Source of the DNA: Bacilli bacterium
GTDB lineage: Bacteria; Bacillota_I; Bacilli_A; RFN20; CAG-826
Length of the DNA stretch: 64,000 nt
Reading direction: 5' to 3'
Assembly (NCBI GenBank): GCA_045628045.1
Contig: JAZQOV010000011.1
Span: 68,912-132,911, forward strand
The notes under the pieces are model-generated. The model ran no database searches. It was not told the origin of the DNA and saw only the letters and a list, made by a program, of their open reading frames with translations. Below, piece after piece: positions 58,132-64,000 of this stretch (positions within the stretch are counted from its first letter, which is position 1; the number at the start of each line of letters is the position of its first letter). Both the position numbers and the translations under genes were made by a program.

Positions 58132-58977
58132 TTATGATTTTGTTTTTGCTGTTCTTTTCGGAAGAATTGATTCTTCAATATAAGAAATATTTTCACGTGC
58201 TTTTTGCGAATTTGTAACTATATATGAATAAAAAGTATCAAATATTGCAAGTTGACTATATCTTGAAGAAAGACCAAGAATTCTATAGTTAATTTCTTCC
58301 GATTTAGTTATTAGTGATACGTCAGCTAAACGAGCCACTGGAGAATTTTTATCAGAACTTATAATCAATATTTTCGCTCCATTTTCTTTAGCTATTTTTA
58401 AACTTTCAATAATGTCAGTTGTATAACCACTGTGAGATACAGCAATATACAAATCATTTTTTGTGGCTTTGCAAGCAGAAATTATCTGAAAATACGAATC
58501 ACTTATAGGCTGAGCATCAAGACCAACTCTAAGAAGCTTATGGCATATATCTTGTCCTATTACGGAGGAATTACCAACGCCGAAACAATAGATTTTACGC
58601 GCGGCCATAATTAAATCATAACCCTTTTTAAATTCCTCCTCTGTTATTGAGTCTTGCGTTAACATTATTGAAGAATATATTTCTTCACTTATCTTATGGA
58701 AGATATTTTTAAATGTGTCATTTTCATTAATACTTTTTTGGACAACATGGTCTTCCTCTTTTGCTATTAATAATTTTAAATCTTGGTAACCATTGCAACC
58801 GATCTTTTTTGCAAAACGGTTAATTGTTGGTGCACTTATTCCAGTTATTTGTGCTAATTCCGATATATTGTATGGGACAAGAAGATTTTCATTATTTAAA
58901 AAATAATCGGCTAACAATTTTTCTGTTTTACTTAATTTTTTGTATGTTGATTTGATATTAATTATTAATTTTCCCAT
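58132..58977 (-). CDS. MurR/RpiR-family transcriptional regulator (HTH plus SIS)
   Basis: N-terminal HTH_6 (…LSKTEKLLADYFLNN…ISELAQITGISAPTINRFAKK…). SIS domain. RBS AGAGGGA before MGKLIIN. Confidence 0.8.
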   Translation of the reverse strand: MGKLIINIKSTYKKLSKTEKLLADYFLNNENLLVPYNISELAQITGISAPTINRFAKKIGCNGYQDLKLLIAKEEDHVVQKSINENDTFKNIFHKISEEIYSSIMLTQDSITEEEFKKGYDLIMAARKIYCFGVGNSSVIGQDICHKLLRVGLDAQPISDSYFQIISACKATKNDLYIAVSHSGYTTDIIESLKIAKENGAKILIISSDKNSPVARLADVSLITKSEEINYRILGLSSRYSQLAIFDTFYSYIVTNSQKARENISYIEESILPKRTAKTKS

Positions 58978-59134
58978 TTTGAAGTCCCTCTTATACATTC
59001 TACAATAACGACACAAAAATGAAAATAATTTTCACATCTTATGAAAAAAACAATAAAAATTTTAAAATATTTGGAAAAAACTTTTATTAACTAAATATTC
59101 ATATATTATATATAGTGGAAAAAAGGAGAATTAT

Positions 59135-60553
59135 ATGAATGATTTCTTATTAACTCAAATAATGACCGAATTAGAGGATGCTGTCGGTAAGGAAAATTGT
59201 TCTACAAAATTAATCGATAAAGTTACTCACAGTGTTGACTATTTCTGGTTGTCTAGAATGTGGGCAGATAGAGGCAAAATGATGCCACAAGCAGATTTTG
59301 TTGTTTCACCAAAGGATGCCCAAGAAACATCTAAAGTTTTAAAAATAGCTAATTATTATAAAATCCCAGTAACAACTTGGGGCGGCGGAGGCGGTACTCA
59401 AGGTGGCGCCATTCCTGTTTGTGGAGGAATTATCCTAGACACAAAACGCATGAACCAAATTGGCGAAGTTAATGAAAAAGGCATGTATATAGAAGTTGGC
59501 GCTGGCGCTATCTATAAGCACGTTGAATGGGCAGCAAATGAAAAAGGCTATTCGACAATGCATTATCCTTCATCACTTACTTGTTCAACAGTTGGTGGCT
59601 TTTTAGCTCATAGAGGTATTGGTGTTGTTTCAACAAAATATGGAAAGATTGATGATATGGTCCTTCAAATGGAAGTTGTTCTTCCAAATGGTGATATTAT
59701 TCATACATCCTCTGCGCCAAAACATGCCGCAGGTCCAGATTTAAACCAAATTTTTATTGGTTCTGAAGGAACACTTGGAATTATTACAAAAGCACAAATG
59801 AGAATTTATGTTCAACCAGAAGTACGTAAATTTAGAGGCTTTTTGTTTAAAGATATGTCTTCAGCATTTGTTGCTTCTAGAGAAATTTTGCAAAAATTTA
59901 AACCTTCTTGTATGAGACTTTATGACGAAGCAGAAACAGCTTCTTTAATTAAGAAGATAGTTGGTGTTACAAGGCCAGGTGCTTTTATGAATATAGCAAT
60001 TGAAGGCGTTAAAGAATTAGTAGAAGTTGAAGAAAAAATTCTTCTTGAAACCTTTGCTAAATATGGAGCAGAAGATTTAGGAAGTGAATATGGTGAGAAA
60101 TGGTGGGATGAAAAAATTACATTCTTCTATCCAGGACACATGATGGATTTGCCGCAATGCTTTGGAACAATGGATACAATTGCGCCATTTGATAAAATTG
60201 AAGAAATTTATTGGGCAATGAAGAAGGCAATTGAGGAAAAATTCCCTCAAGCTAGATTTATCGCGCATTTTTCACACTGGTATGAATGGGGAGCAATGGT
60301 TTATGACAGATTTATAGTTGATAATCCTCCACAAGATCCAGTTGAAGCAATGAGACTTCATAATGAAATTTGGACAACCGGTGTAAGAACTGCTCTTGCA
60401 CATGGTGGTGTAGTTAATGATCACCATGGTGTCGGTATTAAACTTGGAAGACTTATGAAAGAGCAATACGGGCCTGCAATGCAAGTTTTTGAAGGACTTA
60501 AGGAATCACTTGATCCAAATCATATAATGAACCCATTTAAATTAGGTTTATAA
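59135..60553 (+). CDS. FAD-linked oxidase (GlcD/D-lactate dehydrogenase family)
   Basis: FAD_binding_4 N-terminal domain and FAD-oxidase C-terminal domain (…HHGVGI…). Confidence 0.7.
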   Translation: MNDFLLTQIMTELEDAVGKENCSTKLIDKVTHSVDYFWLSRMWADRGKMMPQADFVVSPKDAQETSKVLKIANYYKIPVTTWGGGGGTQGGAIPVCGGIILDTKRMNQIGEVNEKGMYIEVGAGAIYKHVEWAANEKGYSTMHYPSSLTCSTVGGFLAHRGIGVVSTKYGKIDDMVLQMEVVLPNGDIIHTSSAPKHAAGPDLNQIFIGSEGTLGIITKAQMRIYVQPEVRKFRGFLFKDMSSAFVASREILQKFKPSCMRLYDEAETASLIKKIVGVTRPGAFMNIAIEGVKELVEVEEKILLETFAKYGAEDLGSEYGEKWWDEKITFFYPGHMMDLPQCFGTMDTIAPFDKIEEIYWAMKKAIEEKFPQARFIAHFSHWYEWGAMVYDRFIVDNPPQDPVEAMRLHNEIWTTGVRTALAHGGVVNDHHGVGIKLGRLMKEQYGPAMQVFEGLKESLDPNHIMNPFKLGL

Positions 60554-60564
60554 GGAGAGCAAAC

Positions 60565-61638
60565 ATGGATATTTCAAATAAATCAAAAGGTATTGTTGAT
60601 GCTTGTCGTTTCTGTTGGATGTGTAGACACGTTTGTCCAATCGGAAATGCTACAGGTTTAGAAAGAAACACTGCTAGAGCCAGAGCTCTTGGATGTTCGC
60701 TTGTCACTCGTAAAGCGTGTGATTTAAGTGATGTAAGCACAAACATTTATGAATGTATGATGTGTGGTGCTTGTACAAATAATTGCAAAACAGGTTGGGA
60801 TCCAAAAGTATTTATTGAAGAATTTAGAACCCAATTAGCAATTAACCAAAAAACCCCTGATTATATAGAAAAATTAATAGAAAAAACATTAGATAAAGGT
60901 AATCCTTTTGGAACTTTACCTAAGGAAGTTAAACCATTTCTTAACAAAACTTCTGATACGGTTTTAGTGGTCGGACAAGATGCACTTTATAATCTTCCTG
61001 AACTTGTTAAGGATAGTTATACATTACTTGAGAAAGCTGGTATTAAAGTTCAAATAGATGAAGAAACTTCCAACACAGGTTTTGCTCTTTATTTCTTGAC
61101 TGGAAAAACTGAAGAAACAAGAAAACAAATGGAAAAATGGGCTAGAAGTGTTGAAAATAAAAAACTAATCATTTTCTATGATCCTCAGGATTTAGCTCTA
61201 GTTTCACATAAATATGCTGAATGGAATATTTCGGTGAAACCAAAATTAATATCATTTAACGATTTCCTGCTTTCACTTATTAAAGAAGGCAACTTGAAGG
61301 TTAAAAAATCAAACAACGAGTATACAGCACATGATAATTTCGCATATTCACGTGAACTTAAGAACAATTTAATTTATAATTTAATTGATCTTGTTGGCAA
61401 AAATAAAGAAATTTTACTCAAAAAAGAAGAAACCAATGCTGCTGGTCATCTCATCATGTCACTTTATATGGGCGATGTTATTGATCTTGTTGCAAAAAAT
61501 AGACTTGTTGAGGCTACACGTCAGGATGTTAAAACATTTGTTACCGAATCGCCAAGTGAATATTATTTCTTAAAGAAACATTCAAAAACTATAAAAGTAA
61601 TTTCGGTTGAGCAATTAATTCTCGAAAACTTGAGGTAA
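60565..61638 (+). CDS. Fe-S oxidoreductase partner subunit (GlcF/LutA-like)
   Basis: CRFCWMCRHVCP and CMMCGACTNNC cluster motifs. Confidence 0.6.
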   Translation: MDISNKSKGIVDACRFCWMCRHVCPIGNATGLERNTARARALGCSLVTRKACDLSDVSTNIYECMMCGACTNNCKTGWDPKVFIEEFRTQLAINQKTPDYIEKLIEKTLDKGNPFGTLPKEVKPFLNKTSDTVLVVGQDALYNLPELVKDSYTLLEKAGIKVQIDEETSNTGFALYFLTGKTEETRKQMEKWARSVENKKLIIFYDPQDLALVSHKYAEWNISVKPKLISFNDFLLSLIKEGNLKVKKSNNEYTAHDNFAYSRELKNNLIYNLIDLVGKNKEILLKKEETNAAGHLIMSLYMGDVIDLVAKNRLVEATRQDVKTFVTESPSEYYFLKKHSKTIKVISVEQLILENLR

Positions 61639-61643
61639 TAACT

Positions 61644-62432
61644 ATGAATTTAAAAAAGACTTACGTTGAAGAATATGGTTATAAAAGAATTATAACAGAT
61701 CGAAATTCTCCAATGACTTATTTGGAATTAGATTTTTTGAAACTCAAGGCAGGTGATTCTTTCGAAATCAATGAGAAAAATAAAGAATTTGCCTTAATGA
61801 TTTTATACGGAAAAATTGCAGTAAAAGGTAATGATTTTGCCTTTCCTTGTTGTGGAAAACGCAAAAATGTTTTTGATGGTCCAGCAGAATGCGTTTATGT
61901 TGGAAAAGATGAGACTTTTGTTATTACTGCATTAGATGAGGATGCCAAAATCGCTGTTTGTAAAGCCCCTGCAGAAAAATCTTTTCCAGCAAGATATGTC
62001 AAAGCTGATGAAATTCAATTAAAATCACTTGGCAAAGGTACATATCGTAGGGAAGCGGCCTTTAATCTTCCTGCAGAAGTTGAGGCAAATCTTCTTTATA
62101 TTGGAGAATTTTGGGTTGAAGATGGCTATTGGGCTTCATATCCACCTCATAAACACGATATTGACGATGGAACCGAATCAGCATTAGATGAAATTTACTA
62201 TTTTGAATTTGATAAGCCAGAAGGATTTGGTTTTCAAAGCGTATACAGCAAAGATAGAAATCTCGATGTAACATACAGAGTTAAAAATGGAGATATGGTA
62301 GAAGTGCCTTTTGGCTATCATCCCTTTACCGTTGCTCCAGGTTATAAAAATTATTGTTTGTGGATTATGGGTGGAAAAAAGAGAGGAATTTTCTGTTCAA
62401 GTGATCCAGATCATTCTTGGCAGAATAAATAG
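61644..62432 (+). CDS. cupin sugar-acid isomerase (KduI/IolB family)
   Basis: HKHD…EIYYFEF and CLWIMGG resemble KduI HTHE…EVYFYF and FIWGMVG. Confidence 0.5.
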   Translation: MNLKKTYVEEYGYKRIITDRNSPMTYLELDFLKLKAGDSFEINEKNKEFALMILYGKIAVKGNDFAFPCCGKRKNVFDGPAECVYVGKDETFVITALDEDAKIAVCKAPAEKSFPARYVKADEIQLKSLGKGTYRREAAFNLPAEVEANLLYIGEFWVEDGYWASYPPHKHDIDDGTESALDEIYYFEFDKPEGFGFQSVYSKDRNLDVTYRVKNGDMVEVPFGYHPFTVAPGYKNYCLWIMGGKKRGIFCSSDPDHSWQNK

Positions 62433-62434
62433 AA

Positions 62435-63895
62435 ATGTTAGTTTTAGGAATTGATTTTGGAGGAGGCAGCTGTAAAGCCACTCTCCTTAATGAAAATGGC
62501 AGGGTTCTTGCTACAGCATCTAATGAATATTCTACTAAATATGGTGCTGATGGTTTAGCAACTCAAAATCCGCTCGATTGGTATTTTTCAGCTTGCCAAA
62601 ATATTAAATCAATTCTTGGGCAAGGTTTTAATGCAAAAGACATAAATACAATTTGTTTTAGCGCTGCGACTCACACAGCCGTACTTCTAGATGAAAATAA
62701 TCAAATTGTCTGTGATTCAATCTATTGGACTGATACAAGATGTCAAAAAGAAAAACGATTTCTTTTAGAAAACTACAAGGATGTCATTTTCAAAAAAACA
62801 AAACATATTCCAGATACAATTTGGACTCTTCCTGAGTTAATGTATTTATTCAAAAATAATAAAGAAGTTTTTAATAAAACAAAAAAAGTTGTTTTTGAAA
62901 AAGATTTTGTACGTTCAAAATTTACCGATGATTTTGTGACCGATTATATTGAAGCCGAGGGTTCAATGCTATTTGACTTTGATAAAAATGAATGGGACGA
63001 AGAGTTACTAAGCTTATGTGGTCTTAAAAAAGAAAACATGCCAAAAGTCGTTAAACCAATGGATATTGTTGGTGTAGTAAGTTTAAAAGCTGCACAAGAC
63101 ACCGGGCTTAAAGAAGGAACAAAAGTAATTTGCGGTTCAACAGACACCGCAATGGAAGTTTTTGCAAATGGCGCCATTAATGAAGGAGACATGACAATCA
63201 AATTTGCAACAGCTGGAAGAGTTTGTGTTGTATCAAGCGTAATATCTCCTGATCAAAATATTATAAATTATTCTCATCTTAAAGAAGGTTTATTTTATCC
63301 AGGAAGCGCAACAAAATCTTGCGCAGCTTCAATTACTTGGTTTAGAAATGCCTTTGGACGAAATTACGATTATTTGTCAGAAATATCCAAAAAAGCACCA
63401 ATTGGTTCGGAAGGATTGATCTTTCATCCTTACTTAACTGGTGAATTAACTCCACTTGCTAATCCAAATATTAGAGGAAATTTCTTTGGTGTTTCTTCAT
63501 GCCATAAAGAAGAACATTTTATTCGATCGGTAGTTGAAGGAATTTCTTTTAGCATTTACGATTGTCTTATTTATTTAGAAGAACACGGAATTAAAGTTGG
63601 AAAGACCGCATATTTTTTAGGCGGTGTATCGAAAAATAAATTTTGGATGCAAATAATTTCCGATGTTTTAGGTGTGAAATTAATTACTACCGAAGCTAAC
63701 GATTCAAGTTTTGGTGGAGCAATGTGCGCAGGAATTTCTGCAGGCCTATTCAAGAGTTTTGATGATGCCATTAAAAAATGCCAAGTTACTACTGGAGAAA
63801 TTTATCCTGATTTGGCTAATCATGAGTTTTATAAGAAAATATTTGAAAAATATAAGAAAATCTCATTGATTTTGGATGAAATAAGTAATGAATAA
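62435..63895 (+). CDS. FGGY-family carbohydrate kinase
   Basis: LGIDFGGGSCKATL N-terminal motif. 486 aa. Confidence 0.75.
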   Translation: MLVLGIDFGGGSCKATLLNENGRVLATASNEYSTKYGADGLATQNPLDWYFSACQNIKSILGQGFNAKDINTICFSAATHTAVLLDENNQIVCDSIYWTDTRCQKEKRFLLENYKDVIFKKTKHIPDTIWTLPELMYLFKNNKEVFNKTKKVVFEKDFVRSKFTDDFVTDYIEAEGSMLFDFDKNEWDEELLSLCGLKKENMPKVVKPMDIVGVVSLKAAQDTGLKEGTKVICGSTDTAMEVFANGAINEGDMTIKFATAGRVCVVSSVISPDQNIINYSHLKEGLFYPGSATKSCAASITWFRNAFGRNYDYLSEISKKAPIGSEGLIFHPYLTGELTPLANPNIRGNFFGVSSCHKEEHFIRSVVEGISFSIYDCLIYLEEHGIKVGKTAYFLGGVSKNKFWMQIISDVLGVKLITTEANDSSFGGAMCAGISAGLFKSFDDAIKKCQVTTGEIYPDLANHEFYKKIFEKYKKISLILDEISNE

Positions 63896-64000
63896 AATCC
63901 TTGTATTAATTAAGGCGAATAATGAAATTTCACCATTTGATGAAGCTGCTTTAGAAATTGCTTTACGAATGGAAAATTCTTTTGTCGAAGTATTAAGCAT
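63888..64000 (+). CDS. 5' fragment of an electron-transfer-flavoprotein beta-subunit-like gene
   Basis: MNKILVLIKANNEISPFDEAALEIALRM resembles the EtfB N-terminus. Runs off the window. Confidence 0.35.
   Translation, partial: MNKILVLIKANNEISPFDEAALEIALRMENSFVEVLS

Noticed and set aside
1-64000. Alternative genetic code (TGA=Trp), considered because of the Mollicutes-like gene content.
   Set aside because: Long ORFs of 1800 aa are intact under the standard code. Genes end in TAA/TAG/TGA at the expected positions (e.g. smpB, rpmG), so no reassignment is needed.

Overview
This 64-kb window is low-GC, Firmicutes/Mollicutes-like DNA read with the standard genetic code (Erysipelotrichia- or Acholeplasma-like). 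In order it contains: (i) a surface-protein island, with smpB sandwiched between two giant C-terminally membrane-anchored proteins, one carrying an Endonuclease-I nuclease domain and the other a C11 clostripain-like protease domain; (ii) an unannotated ~1.4-kb array of three diverged tandem modules (14.2-15.5 kb) whose architecture matches par/Fst-like type I toxin-antitoxin loci (convergent small hydrophobic-peptide mRNA and antisense sRNA sharing a bidirectional terminator, with extra complementarity from a direct repeat); (iii) a ~17-kb purine/xanthine fermentation cluster (two molybdenum-hydroxylase sets, hyuA-like, ssnA, preA-like, ygeY, ygeW, PLP enzymes, sdaA); (iv) the conserved cysS-rlmB-sigH-like-mrp-rpmG-secE-nusG block; (v) tandem YD-like lipoproteins, lgt and a CPBP protease; (vi) a carbohydrate block (isomerase-mutarotase fusion, rbsK, GH2 beta-galactosidase, esterase); (vii) a second surface-protein island with paralogous Cys-repeat proteins; (viii) an RpiR-regulated sugar-acid/lactate-type block with FAD oxidase, Fe-S protein, cupin isomerase, FGGY kinase and an EtfB-like start. 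The TA-like array is the most novel element. Its conserved hydrophobic reading frame lacks a canonical start codon and is overlapped by an upstream leader ORF.
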